A DNA stretch of 64,000 nucleotides from a virus (lineage: Duplodnaviria > Heunggongvirae > Uroviricota > Caudoviricetes), in IMG/VR virus record IMGVR_UViG_3300028797_000096, positions 141,860 through 205,859 of that record; one strand, 5' to 3'. Positions 1 to 9,760 of the stretch are shown piece by piece. A model generated the notes under the pieces. The model was not told the origin of the DNA. It worked only from the letters and a program-made list of their open reading frames with translations, and searched no databases. A program made the position numbers and the translations under genes. The first letter of the stretch is position 1, and every line of letters begins with the position of its first letter.

Positions 1-107
1 ATTTTCCAAGTAATTTACAAAGTGTATTAAGCTCATGGTCAGATGTAAGTAGTGGATTTGGTGGAACAAGTACAACCGTATTATATGATTTACCAGTAAC
101 CGCATAA
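1..107 (+). CDS. 3' end of a BspA-type LRR protein paralog (partial; starts upstream of the window)
   Basis: The frame from nt 3 reads FPSNLQSVLSSWSDVSSGFGGTSTTVLYDLPVTA* (TAA 105-107). This is the same C-terminal cap (HFP...WS.V..GFGGT.TTVL[FY]DL) as the four downstream LRR proteins. Not in the ORF track. Confidence 0.85.
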   Translation, partial: FPSNLQSVLSSWSDVSSGFGGTSTTVLYDLPVTA

Positions 108-123
108 TAAGGGAGTATAAATT

Positions 124-1410
124 ATGGGAAAAGTAATGTTAGGAACTTCAGCAATAGCACCTTCGTCAATTCAAATTTATGAAATGACTAGAATGCCAGC
201 ATATATTCCTGTAAAGATTGGATATGAGTTAGATGAAAATGATAAATTAATAGAAAGCCCAGATGCTGAAATTAATTATAATTGTGCACCTGCTACTGAT
301 TTAGGCGCAAATGTATTATCAAAAGCCTTTGGATTAGGAAATGTATATGTAACCGAATATGACTATTATAAAAAAGGTAATCCATATGTAAAAAGTGCTA
401 ATTTTAGTACTTTGACTCAAATAACCGGGCAAGCCGCTTTATATGAGGCTTTTTATGCATGCGAAAACTTAGAAAGTGTAGATTTTAGTAATTTAGTTAC
501 AATTAATGCTGATTCTGCTATGGGTTATGCTTTCCAAGGTAGAAATGCACAAAGTTATGATGATGGTTATGGTAATACAATTGTAGTTCCAGCTGAAATA
601 CCTGCATTTACATCAATATCTTTTCCTAAATTAAAAACGATTCGTGGTAATTCTGCAATGAGTAGTACTTTTAGTAATTGCTCAAATTTACAAGTTTTAA
701 ATTTAAGTGAATTAGAAGTAATAGAAGGAAATTATGCATTATTTGATATTTGTGGCGGATCTCATGCTTGTGTAATTCCAAATTTAGATAAATTAACTAC
801 ACTTAGTGGTCAATATCTATTTGGGTATGGACATAGTGCAGATTATGTAAACTATGGTTCATTTATTGATTGTTATTTTCGTACAGGTACTACTTTTAGT
901 TTACCTAATTTAACAACAATATCAGGAATTGGTTGTTTTCAATATGGATTTGCACAGTATTGTCCAAATCTTCCTAATATGACAACGTTTAGTTTACCTA
1001 AATTAACAAGTATAACAGGAAATCAAGGCTTTTATTATTGTTTTTATAAAAATGCAACAGCTTTGACTACTGTAGATTTACCTTTATTAGCAACATTAAA
1101 TGGTACTTATATATTTAGTCATACTTTTGATAAATGTACAGCTTTAACTACTTTAACTTTTCCTTCACTTAGTAGTATAACTGGAACAAATGCGTTGGCT
1201 AATATGTGTCAAGATTGTACGAATTTACAATCATTATCATTTCCAGCTTTAACTACTTTAAGTGAAAATACAATCTTTAATGATATGCTAAAAAATGTGA
1301 CTGGATGTACAGTACATTTCCCTGCTTCTTTGGCATATACGATAAGTAATTGGTCATCTGTAAAAAACGGTTTTGGAGGTACTTCAACAACTGTTTTATT
1401 TGATCTTTAA
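124..1410 (+). CDS. BspA/TpLRR-type leucine-rich repeat protein (putative virion adhesin)
   Basis: Repeats of the form F..CxxLxxxxFPxLxxIxG (e.g. FSNCSNLQVLNLSEL, FDKCTALTTLTFPSL). C-terminal cap VHFPASL...WSSVKNGFGGTSTTVLFDL. Confidence 0.85.
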   Translation: MGKVMLGTSAIAPSSIQIYEMTRMPAYIPVKIGYELDENDKLIESPDAEINYNCAPATDLGANVLSKAFGLGNVYVTEYDYYKKGNPYVKSANFSTLTQITGQAALYEAFYACENLESVDFSNLVTINADSAMGYAFQGRNAQSYDDGYGNTIVVPAEIPAFTSISFPKLKTIRGNSAMSSTFSNCSNLQVLNLSELEVIEGNYALFDICGGSHACVIPNLDKLTTLSGQYLFGYGHSADYVNYGSFIDCYFRTGTTFSLPNLTTISGIGCFQYGFAQYCPNLPNMTTFSLPKLTSITGNQGFYYCFYKNATALTTVDLPLLATLNGTYIFSHTFDKCTALTTLTFPSLSSITGTNALANMCQDCTNLQSLSFPALTTLSENTIFNDMLKNVTGCTVHFPASLAYTISNWSSVKNGFGGTSTTVLFDL

Positions 1411-1437
1411 GCTACCGTTTAAATAAGGAAAAAACAA

Positions 1438-1443
1438 GTTCTA
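1438..1443 (+). promoter_or_regulatory. RTTCTA phage-specific promoter motif upstream of the 1473 gene
   Basis: GTTCTA 29 nt before the ATG, in the intergenic gap. One of about 20 similarly placed copies (see findings). Confidence 0.5.
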
Positions 1444-1472
1444 ATACATAAAGAAAAGTAAGGAATAGGAAT

Positions 1473-2591
1473 ATGACAGCAACTTATACAGACGTTCAAT
1501 TAGATAATTTGGTCATTAATAAAATGACCAAACAACAATATGACTCTTTACCACAAAAAAGTGATGAGCAATTATATATTATTACAGATGATGATAGTTA
1601 TGAAGTACAAGTAAGTACTATGCCAACAGCTAATGCATCTAATGAAGGTAGATTAGTCCAATATATTGGTACTACTACATCAAGTTATACAAGCGGTTAT
1701 TGGTATAAATGTATAGGTGCAGGTAGTCCAATTGTATATTCTTGGGTACAAACAAATGTACAACCAGCCGGCTCTTCTCTTCCTGATATGACTGGTCAAA
1801 GTGGCAAATTCCTTACAACAGATGGTACGGATGCTAGTTGGGCAACAATAAATGCTTTACAAAATACTGCTACTGGAACAGACGCTTTATGTATTTTAGG
1901 AAGTCAGGGTTCATATGAAGGTGTTAGTGTTGGTGTATCTAGTAAAGCAGGACAGTGGGCAGTTGCTGTTGGTAAAGGTTCGGTTGCCCACGATAATGGT
2001 ATTGCAATAGGTAACGGTGCATCTGCTGCTAATAATTTTTGGGGTGCTATTGCTATTGGTAAAACTGCACAGACAACAAGGACTGGTATAGCCATAGGTT
2101 ATCAAGCAAAGATTACGGCGAGTGGTGCAATTCAGTTAGGTAGTAAATATAATAATTTAGGCTATACAAACAGTGACGAAGATACGTTTAAGGTTGGTAA
2201 TGGTTATGGTAACTATGAGATTATGAGTGCAAATGGCACGATTCCAACTGACAGATTCACTACTACACCATCAGCAGATGGAACATATGTACCCACATTG
2301 ACGATTAGTTCGGGTACTGCAACTCGTTCTTGGACTACACCTGGAGGTGGTGGTGGTGCAACTTCTGCTACTGCGACATTGGCAGTAAATGATTGGAGTT
2401 CTAACACACAGACAGTAAATGTAACAGGTGTAACTGCAAGTAATAACGTGATTGTTGCTGCTGCACCTGCAAGTCAAGCAGATTATACTAGTGCTGGCAT
2501 ACTTTGTACTGCACAAGGTGCTGGAACATTAACATTCACTTGCACAATGACACCAAGTAGTGCTATAACTGTAAATGTATTGATAATATAG
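1473..2591 (+). CDS. Tail-fibre/adhesin-like protein with YadA-type (Hep/Hag) head repeats
   Basis: Repeats AVGKGSVA, GIAIGNGASA, AIAIGKTAQT, GIAIGYQAKI, GAIQLG match trimeric-autotransporter head motifs. Thr/Ser-rich flanks; SD AGGA before the ATG. Confidence 0.7.
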   Translation: MTATYTDVQLDNLVINKMTKQQYDSLPQKSDEQLYIITDDDSYEVQVSTMPTANASNEGRLVQYIGTTTSSYTSGYWYKCIGAGSPIVYSWVQTNVQPAGSSLPDMTGQSGKFLTTDGTDASWATINALQNTATGTDALCILGSQGSYEGVSVGVSSKAGQWAVAVGKGSVAHDNGIAIGNGASAANNFWGAIAIGKTAQTTRTGIAIGYQAKITASGAIQLGSKYNNLGYTNSDEDTFKVGNGYGNYEIMSANGTIPTDRFTTTPSADGTYVPTLTISSGTATRSWTTPGGGGGATSATATLAVNDWSSNTQTVNVTGVTASNNVIVAAAPASQADYTSAGILCTAQGAGTLTFTCTMTPSSAITVNVLII

Positions 2592-2601
2592 GAGTAACCC
2601 T

Positions 2602-3243
2602 ATGATTATAAACCAAACTGTTAGTGGGGGTTCATCCCCTGCCCCTACCAAAAAATATCAGTTATTAGACCGTGTTGTTGATGATAATAATAATGAGATT
2701 GGAACTGTTGCTGGTTTCTTTTATGATGCGAATAATATTGAATATGCACTTGTTTTATTAGATGCACAGCATCGTGCAACTGATAAAAAATTTTTTAGTA
2801 GCAAAACATTTATCCCGGGTTTAACTGGTTTTACTACTAGTAATAATGAAGGTTCTATGTATTATGATTTTGGTACAGCAACAAATGCTTGTGATTTAAT
2901 TGTTTCTGCTGGAACATCAACTGCTGTAAATCATTGTCGTAGCAAATCGTTTGTTATTGGTGGGGTAACTTATTATGGACAGTTACCAACTATTAAACAA
3001 TGGGGAATTTTGTGTGCAATAGATGGAACACGTTTGAATAACTTAGACCCAACTAGTAGTTCATATGCTTCTGTTACAATATCAACATCTTCTGTTGATA
3101 GAAAATTTTGGTCGTCTTCACAGTATCCAGAAGGTGATATGAGCAGCTATGCTTGGTGGTGGAATGCTGGTTATATGCGTGGAACTAATAAAACAGATAA
3201 TGCTATTGCTGCACCAATTCTAGAAATACCAAACGCAATTTAA
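2602..3243 (+). CDS. Putative receptor-binding protein with C-terminal C-type-lectin-like (DUF1566-like) fold
   Basis: C-terminus FWSSSQY...AWWWNAGY....K......PILEI resembles the WSSxQY..AW..G..K...VRP(V/I) CLec consensus. N-terminus MIINQTVSGGSS is shared with the 3255 gene. Confidence 0.55.
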   Translation: MIINQTVSGGSSPAPTKKYQLLDRVVDDNNNEIGTVAGFFYDANNIEYALVLLDAQHRATDKKFFSSKTFIPGLTGFTTSNNEGSMYYDFGTATNACDLIVSAGTSTAVNHCRSKSFVIGGVTYYGQLPTIKQWGILCAIDGTRLNNLDPTSSSYASVTISTSSVDRKFWSSSQYPEGDMSSYAWWWNAGYMRGTNKTDNAIAAPILEIPNAI

Positions 3244-3254
3244 GGAGTAACACT

Positions 3255-5069
3255 GTGATTATAAATCAGACAGTTAGTGGTGGAAGCAGTTCTACAGGAC
3301 CAAACATTCCATATAGTAGAGACTCTCAGACTGGTGCACTTAAACTTGGTTCTACCGGAATTGATATTGGTGGAGCTACTAATATTGATGTTCCATATTT
3401 TGGCTATCGAATTCATTACAATGACACAGATTTTTCTGGAACAGCATTTGTAAACGCACAAAATTTGACAGATATAAATGTAACAAATGACTCAATATTA
3501 TATTGTGCATTTACTGGGTGCACAAATTTAACATCTACTGGGTTAGATAATGTAGAAACTATAACTATTGGTTCTTCTTTATTATCTAATGGTTTTCAAG
3601 ATTGCACATCTTTAACAAGAACAGGTCTTGGAAGCTTAACTACAGTAACTGGTAGTTCTTCTCTTCTAAGTAATTTATTTAAGGGGTGCACAAGTTTGAC
3701 TGATACAGAATTGGGAAATTTAACAGATTTTGTACTTATACCGGGTAGTAGTTATTCTTCTATATACCCAAGTAGTTGGTTTGAAGGTTGCACAAGTTTA
3801 ACTTCTACGGGTATAAACTGGGCTGGAATTATCAACTTACCTTCTAGTTTTTCAAGTATGTTCAAAAGTTGCACATCTTTAACAAGCACCGGATTAAATC
3901 GTAGTGTTTCTACTTATTCATTCTTAAAAAGACTAAGCTCTACGTTCATGGGATGTACAAGCTTGACTTCTACAGGTATAGATTTTGCTCCCGATACAGA
4001 AATATATCTTGGAACAAGTAATAATTCTGATGCATCTATGCTTGTAAGTGCGTTTAGAGATTGCACATCTTTAACAAGCACTGGGCTAGATAATTTAAAG
4101 AAACTAAGCGGAGGAACATCTTATAATGGTACTTATGGATTAGCTCATGCTTTTGAAGGTTGCACATCTTTAACAAGAACAGGTCTTGGAAATTTGGTAG
4201 AACAAACGGCTATACATGGATTAGATTATGCATTTAAGGATTGCACAAGCTTGACTTCTACCGAATTGGGAAATTGTAAAAAATTTCATTATCTGGAAGC
4301 TCTTTATTATACTTTCCAAGGTTGTACGAGTTTGACTTCTACTGGTATAGATTTTTCACAAGTTACATTTACTTTCAATCCAAGCCAGAGTAGTTTGCGA
4401 CCTTTTGAATATACATTTGATGGTTGCACAAGCTTGACAGACACGGGATTGAGTAATTTAGAGATTGTTACACAGAATAACATGTTTTATTATACATTCC
4501 AGAATTGCACTGGCTTAACAAATTATGGTATTGGAAAATTATTAGCTGTAACTGGGTCTTATGCTTTTTCAAGTGCATTTAGCAGATGTGGTGCAACAAG
4601 TATTGAGTTTACAAATTTATGTATTGCATCAGGAAGTTCATGCTTTTCATTCTGTTTTTCTAGTTCACCAAATTTAACAACTATTTCATTTCCAGCATTA
4701 CATCCAGAAGGATTACCAGCTTCAAATCCGTTTACTTATTTGGTAAGTTCTGTAACAGGTTGCACAATCCACTTCCCAAGTAACCTTGAAACACAAATAA
4801 GTGGTTGGACATTTAGTGGAACAAATACTGTAGTACTATTCGATTTACCAGCAGTTCCAGTAATCAAATACATGCCAACAGGTCAAAGCACAGCTGTTAC
4901 ATTATTTAGAGCTGCTACACATGATACAGGTTCAAATATGGGTTGGTATTTACAATCTAGTCCAACGTGGGCATTCACTAGTGGAACAACTCAACCATCG
5001 GTTGGAGACAATGTATATAGTGATTCTGCTTGCACAACAGTAATTGGAACAATAGATTCTATTGCATAA
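3255..5069 (+). CDS. BspA-type LRR protein with about 12 CTSLTxTG repeats
   Basis: GTG start after AGGAG. Repeats FxxCTSLTxTG[LI], the HFP...FSGTNTVVLFDL cap, and an extra C-terminal module ending YSDSACTTVIGTIDSIA. Confidence 0.85.
   Translation: MIINQTVSGGSSSTGPNIPYSRDSQTGALKLGSTGIDIGGATNIDVPYFGYRIHYNDTDFSGTAFVNAQNLTDINVTNDSILYCAFTGCTNLTSTGLDNVETITIGSSLLSNGFQDCTSLTRTGLGSLTTVTGSSSLLSNLFKGCTSLTDTELGNLTDFVLIPGSSYSSIYPSSWFEGCTSLTSTGINWAGIINLPSSFSSMFKSCTSLTSTGLNRSVSTYSFLKRLSSTFMGCTSLTSTGIDFAPDTEIYLGTSNNSDASMLVSAFRDCTSLTSTGLDNLKKLSGGTSYNGTYGLAHAFEGCTSLTRTGLGNLVEQTAIHGLDYAFKDCTSLTSTELGNCKKFHYLEALYYTFQGCTSLTSTGIDFSQVTFTFNPSQSSLRPFEYTFDGCTSLTDTGLSNLEIVTQNNMFYYTFQNCTGLTNYGIGKLLAVTGSYAFSSAFSRCGATSIEFTNLCIASGSSCFSFCFSSSPNLTTISFPALHPEGLPASNPFTYLVSSVTGCTIHFPSNLETQISGWTFSGTNTVVLFDLPAVPVIKYMPTGQSTAVTLFRAATHDTGSNMGWYLQSSPTWAFTSGTTQPSVGDNVYSDSACTTVIGTIDSIA
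3602..4191 (+). repeat. 32-bp exact direct repeat inside the LRR gene (3602-3633 and 4160-4191)
   Basis: ttgcacatctttaacaagaacaggtcttggaa occurs at both positions. Related shorter copies (ttgcacatctttaacaagcac) occur near 3870 and 4060. Confidence 0.9.
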
Positions 5070-5098
5070 ATTTATATGATAGAATAAAGGAAAACTAA

Positions 5099-6664
5099 AT
5101 GAGTATAAGCCCTTCTATGATTAAATTAACTCCAAAAATCGAAGAATTAAATATTATTCCTACTACTTCTATGCAAACCATCGGAGTAGAAACAGGTATT
5201 GATGGTTATGGTCCAGTTAAAGTTTCTGCAGTTACTTCTGAAATAGATAATAACATACAATCAGAAAACATTAAAGAAGGAATTAGTATACTTGGGGTTA
5301 ACGGATCAGCTGTAGAATTAAAAGGTGAAACAAGAACAGTTACTCCTACTACAAGTCAACAAACTATAACTCCAACTAGTGGTAAAAATGGTATTACTGA
5401 GGTTACAGTTAATGCAGTTACAAGTAGTATAGATAGTAATATTATACCTGGAAACATTAAAAAAGATGTAACTATATTAGGTGTTACAGGTACGCATGAA
5501 GGAGGTGGATCAACTAGTTTAAGTATACAATATACAAAAACTAATACTACACTTCAACTTCCTACTACTTTTATTGATTTGACAGGAATTACAAACATAG
5601 GTAATTTTGTACTTTATAATGCATATACTGCAAATTCAAGTATTTCTGGAAATATTGATTTAAGTGGCTTAACTTTAATTTCTGGACAATCTGCTTGTGA
5701 GAATATGTTTTCTGCACAAATAGGAGATGAATGGGAAGGTGGATATGAAGCAGAGAGTTATATTACTGGTATAGATTTACGCAATTTAACTGAGATTTCT
5801 GGAAACAATGCTTGTAAAAAGATGTTTAATTGTTGTAAACGCTTAACAAGTATCAATTTAGATTCTTTAACTACTTTATCTGGTGATAATGCAGCATATG
5901 GAATGTTTCAGAATTGTACAGCACTTACAACTGCGGATCTAAGCAGTTTAACTACCCTATCTGGGCAATCTGCTGGTTCTAGTATGTTTTCTGGTTGTAC
6001 TAATTTAACTTCTCTTGATTTAAGTGGATTAACTACAATTTCTGGTAATTCTGCAGCAAGTAGTATGTTTTATCAATGTACTGGCTTAACTGGACCATTA
6101 GATTTGAGCAATTTAACTAATGTAACAGGTAATTATGTAGGAAGCTCAATGTTTTATGGGTGTACTGGTATTACTTCTGTAGATTTATCTGGTTTAACTA
6201 ATATAGATAATAAATTTTCATATGGTTTTGCAAGTTGTACGAATTTAGCTTCATTAAATTTAAGCGGAGTAACAGCTATAAATGCTAGATTTGGTCTTTT
6301 AAATAGTTGTACTGGCTTAACTTCTGTAGATTTAAGTAATGTAACTACGATTAGTGGAAGTTATGCAATGGAAAATGCATTTTATAGATGCACGAGTTTA
6401 CCTAGCTTAGAATTTCCAAAATTACAATCCATTCAAGGATCTAGAGCATGTTGTATAATGTGTCAAGCATGTTCTAGCCTAAGAACATTGTCATTTCCAG
6501 CTTTAACTTCTGTAGGATATTCTGATACATTTAATCAAATGTTAAACGGATGTTCCAATGTAACAGTTCATTTCCCAGCAGCTTTACAAAGTACTATAGG
6601 ATATTGGTCAGATGTAGTAAGTGGTTTTTATGGAAGTGGTACTACAGTTTTATTTGATTTATAA
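5099..6664 (+). CDS. BspA-type LRR protein with duplicated N-terminal NIxxxNIKxxVxILGVxG module
   Basis: Repeats MFxxCTxLTSxDLSxLTTISG. N-terminus MSISPSMIKLTPKIEEL...GIDGYGPVKV is shared with the 6690 gene. Cap VHFPAAL...WSDVVSGFYGSGTTVLFDL. Confidence 0.88.
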   Translation: MSISPSMIKLTPKIEELNIIPTTSMQTIGVETGIDGYGPVKVSAVTSEIDNNIQSENIKEGISILGVNGSAVELKGETRTVTPTTSQQTITPTSGKNGITEVTVNAVTSSIDSNIIPGNIKKDVTILGVTGTHEGGGSTSLSIQYTKTNTTLQLPTTFIDLTGITNIGNFVLYNAYTANSSISGNIDLSGLTLISGQSACENMFSAQIGDEWEGGYEAESYITGIDLRNLTEISGNNACKKMFNCCKRLTSINLDSLTTLSGDNAAYGMFQNCTALTTADLSSLTTLSGQSAGSSMFSGCTNLTSLDLSGLTTISGNSAASSMFYQCTGLTGPLDLSNLTNVTGNYVGSSMFYGCTGITSVDLSGLTNIDNKFSYGFASCTNLASLNLSGVTAINARFGLLNSCTGLTSVDLSNVTTISGSYAMENAFYRCTSLPSLEFPKLQSIQGSRACCIMCQACSSLRTLSFPALTSVGYSDTFNQMLNGCSNVTVHFPAALQSTIGYWSDVVSGFYGSGTTVLFDL

Positions 6665-6689
6665 TTAAAAACTTTTAGAGGAGTAAAGA

Positions 6690-8108
6690 ATGAGCATAAG
6701 TCCAAGTATGATTAAATTAACACCTAAAATAGAAGAATTAACAGTAACTCCTACTACTTCTATACAAACAATAAATGTAGAAACCGGCATTGATGGTTAT
6801 GGTCCGGTAAAAGTAAATGCAGTAACTGCTAATATTGATTCAAATATACAACCCGAAAATATTAAAGAAGGTGTTAATATATTAGGAATTACTGGTACAG
6901 CTGAAGTTGCTCCCGAATATTATTTTGAACTACAAGTAGATATTTCTGGAGTATTACGAAGAAATAATAGTCAAATAGTAAATATGAATGGTGTAAAAGA
7001 TATTTATACAAAAATTTTAGAGACTACGTATAAAGATAATAATAGTATAACTGAAATAAATTGGCCGAGTTTAACTTCTCTTACATATTCTGATTCATTA
7101 CATAATGGTTTTAATAATAGTAGTATTACTAAAGTAAAATGGCCAAATCTAACAGAAATAACAGGAAATAATGCTTTAGATCAGTGCTTTTATAATTGTA
7201 TAAATTTAACAGAGGTGGATTTTTCATCTTTAACAAATGTTATTTCTAGTTGTGGAATGTATCAATGCTTTACTAATTGTAAAAAACTTTCTACGATATC
7301 TTTTCCTAACTTAACAAAAATATCAGGTAAACAGGGTTTATATAGAGCATTTTTTGGTTGTGATGCATTAACTACAGTAGATATGCATTCTTTACGGGAG
7401 CTTTATGGGGAAGATAGTTTACAGTGTGGTTTTGCTGCTACACCTATTCAATCGGTTGATTTGTCTAATTTAACTGTAGTTTCTGGTAATAGAGTAATGG
7501 GTGGATATAATAGTGCAAATGTAGGATGTTTTGAAAATTGTACAAATTTAACAAGCCTTGATTTATCAAAATTAGTATCTATAGATGGTACAGATGCATT
7601 AGATAGAGTATGTTATGGTTGTACTTCTTTGAGCCAAGTAGATTTTTCTAGTTTAAAAAAAGTGGGCGGTAGCTATTCTTTGGAAAATGGCTTTACAAAT
7701 ACAAGTCTTACACAGTTAGCATTTCCTGCTTTAACCATTGGTGATAGTGGCCGTTTTAATAAGTTATTATCAGGAGTAACTAATTGTACTGTACATTTCC
7801 CATTAAATAAACAAGCGGATTTTGGTTCTTGGGCTAGCGTAACAGATGGTTTTGGTGGTACTAATACAACTGTTTTATTTGATTTACCATCAGTTTTAAT
7901 ATTAACGGGTGTAAATGAAACAAATTATGAAAGAAATCCAAAATATGATACAGCAACAGCATTGGCTTGGCGAGTTCAAGATGTTGGAACAACGATAGAT
8001 TGGACACCGTATTATACCTCTAGTACAGCAGATCCTATTGTTGGTGCCACGATATATAGTGATTCTACATGTACAACGGCTATTACAACAATTGATTCGA
8101 TAGCTTAA
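6690..8108 (+). CDS. BspA-type LRR protein
   Basis: Repeats CFxNCxNLTxxDxSxL. N-terminal module shared with the 5099 gene; C-terminal module (YSDSTCTTAITTIDSIA) shared with the 3255 gene. Confidence 0.88.
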   Translation: MSISPSMIKLTPKIEELTVTPTTSIQTINVETGIDGYGPVKVNAVTANIDSNIQPENIKEGVNILGITGTAEVAPEYYFELQVDISGVLRRNNSQIVNMNGVKDIYTKILETTYKDNNSITEINWPSLTSLTYSDSLHNGFNNSSITKVKWPNLTEITGNNALDQCFYNCINLTEVDFSSLTNVISSCGMYQCFTNCKKLSTISFPNLTKISGKQGLYRAFFGCDALTTVDMHSLRELYGEDSLQCGFAATPIQSVDLSNLTVVSGNRVMGGYNSANVGCFENCTNLTSLDLSKLVSIDGTDALDRVCYGCTSLSQVDFSSLKKVGGSYSLENGFTNTSLTQLAFPALTIGDSGRFNKLLSGVTNCTVHFPLNKQADFGSWASVTDGFGGTNTTVLFDLPSVLILTGVNETNYERNPKYDTATALAWRVQDVGTTIDWTPYYTSSTADPIVGATIYSDSTCTTAITTIDSIA

Positions 8109-8185
8109 TAAATTGGAAAAATAAATTACTAAATTATAAAAAATAACAGTTCTTAATAAAGTATATATACAAGGAGTAAAAACAA

Positions 8186-8464
8186 ATGAAAGAACGTAAA
8201 TCATATAAAGGTACTTTAAATGGTATTTTTGGTATTTGGACAGATACAGTTCCTGCTGAAGTAGAAGTTCAAGAAGAAATCACTTTTTATACTGCAGATG
8301 AAGGTAAAACCTTTAAAAAAGGTGATGAAATGACCGATTGTGTGATTATTCGTGATGGTGTAAGTATTGAAGATTATGAAGAAGTAGATGCACCAAAAGA
8401 AGAAGAAACACGCGAAGAAGAAATGCCTAAAAAAGAAGACGAAGAAAAGAAAGATGAAGAATAA
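8186..8464 (+). CDS. Small acidic hypothetical protein, possibly tail-fibre associated
   Basis: 92-aa ORF with AGGAG SD, last gene before a terminator. The TADEGKTF..YEEV motif resembles small proteins that follow phage fibre genes (weak). Confidence 0.5.
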   Translation: MKERKSYKGTLNGIFGIWTDTVPAEVEVQEEITFYTADEGKTFKKGDEMTDCVIIRDGVSIEDYEEVDAPKEEETREEEMPKKEDEEKKDEE

Positions 8465-8487
8465 TTCATCTATTTTTGGATAAATCA

Positions 8488-8513
8488 AAGCACTCTTTTT
8501 AGAGTGCTTTTTT
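8488..8513 (+). terminator. Rho-independent terminator closing the adhesin array
   Basis: aagcactct-tttt-agagtgctt followed by a T run. Confidence 0.85.
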
Positions 8514-8536
8514 AATGGAAATTTTTTAAATTTAAT

Positions 8537-8567
8537 GCTTTATTTTTATAATTCTATATTGTATAAT
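8537..8567 (+). promoter_or_regulatory. Sigma70-type (early) promoter
   Basis: GC-TTTATT-N17-TATAAT; same pattern at six other intergenic sites. Confidence 0.7.
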
Positions 8568-8591
8568 TAATATAGATATATGGAGGTATTT

Positions 8592-8738
8592 ATGAAAGAT
8601 TGGCAATTTTGGGGTATTATGACAGTATTATTCTGTATTTTACTTACTGTTACAGGTATTACATTTATGGCATTTATATATTCTTGCTGTATAGCAGTTT
8701 GTTTATATAAATTAGTACAAACACAAGGCTTAGAATGA
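8592..8738 (+). CDS. Small membrane protein (48 aa; not in ORF track)
   Basis: GGAGG SD. MKDWQFWGIMTVLFCILLTVTGITFMAFIYSCCIAVCLYKLVQTQGLE*. ATGA overlap with the next gene. Confidence 0.7.
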   Translation: MKDWQFWGIMTVLFCILLTVTGITFMAFIYSCCIAVCLYKLVQTQGLE

Positions 8739-9760
8739 AAATACGATTTATATCTGATCTTCATGCTGCTTTAAATATGACTTATGAAGCTACAGATTTT
8801 GTAGAAATTATGAAGTCTAAAACACCTGCAGATGTTACATTAATAGCTGGTGATATGGATGCAGATATTGAAGAAGCTAAAAATTTTTTGGATACATATT
8901 TTAAAGATGAAAAAGTTATTTTCATTGGTGGTAATCATATTACTTATCATTCTAATGCTAAACCTTTTTTAGAATTACTTGAAGATTATAAAAAAGAATT
9001 TAATGGTAAATGGAAATTTCTTGAAAATGACTATATTTGGCTTAATGATGATATAGCAGTTATTGGATGTATTGGTTGGACTGATTTTTTATATGGACAT
9101 CAAACTAAAGCTCAATATATTAAAGAAATAAATACAGAAAAAGCTTATCAGGAAAAAAATAAGTTTATAGACACAGGTAAAGTGTTTGGTAAGGGTACTG
9201 AATTTGATAAAGGTATACAAGAAGTACATTTTTGTGGTCCAAGTTTACCTGATGATCCTGCAAAAGAATATGATGAATTAGATATGGGCAATAAAGATTC
9301 ATATCGTGGTCGTAGAATGAAAAATGCATTAAATTGTATGAATGATTATAGGTATGGTTATTGGCGTGATGAAGATGGTAAAATAACACCTATGTATCCT
9401 AGTTATACACATGAAATGCATAAAGAATCATTAAAAGCAATTAAAAGATGTTATAAAGAAATTATTGCCAAGAATCCTAATGCAACAATTATTCTTATGA
9501 CACATCATCCTTTTACATCTAAATGTGAAAGTCAAAAATATAAAGATGATCCATTAAATGCAGCCTTTATGTCTAATCATGATAATTGGCTTAAACAATT
9601 TAAGAATATTAAATATTATCACTGTGGTCATGTACACAATAGATTTTTTAACAAATTAGGTCATATTCAAGTTATATGTAATCCTATGGGTTATTTAGCT
9701 TGGTATGAGCATATACAAGAAACAAAATTTAATATAAATTGTATTTTAGAGGTAGAATAA
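8735..9760 (+). CDS. Calcineurin-like metallophosphoesterase
   Basis: Motifs SDLH, AGD, GNH, THH and GHVH in canonical order. Confidence 0.9.
   Translation: MKIRFISDLHAALNMTYEATDFVEIMKSKTPADVTLIAGDMDADIEEAKNFLDTYFKDEKVIFIGGNHITYHSNAKPFLELLEDYKKEFNGKWKFLENDYIWLNDDIAVIGCIGWTDFLYGHQTKAQYIKEINTEKAYQEKNKFIDTGKVFGKGTEFDKGIQEVHFCGPSLPDDPAKEYDELDMGNKDSYRGRRMKNALNCMNDYRYGYWRDEDGKITPMYPSYTHEMHKESLKAIKRCYKEIIAKNPNATIILMTHHPFTSKCESQKYKDDPLNAAFMSNHDNWLKQFKNIKYYHCGHVHNRFFNKLGHIQVICNPMGYLAWYEHIQETKFNINCILEVE

Noticed and set aside
2602-8108. Complete diversity-generating retroelement
   Set aside because: No reverse transcriptase or adenine-mismatched template repeat in the window. LRR repeat differences are not adenine-restricted.
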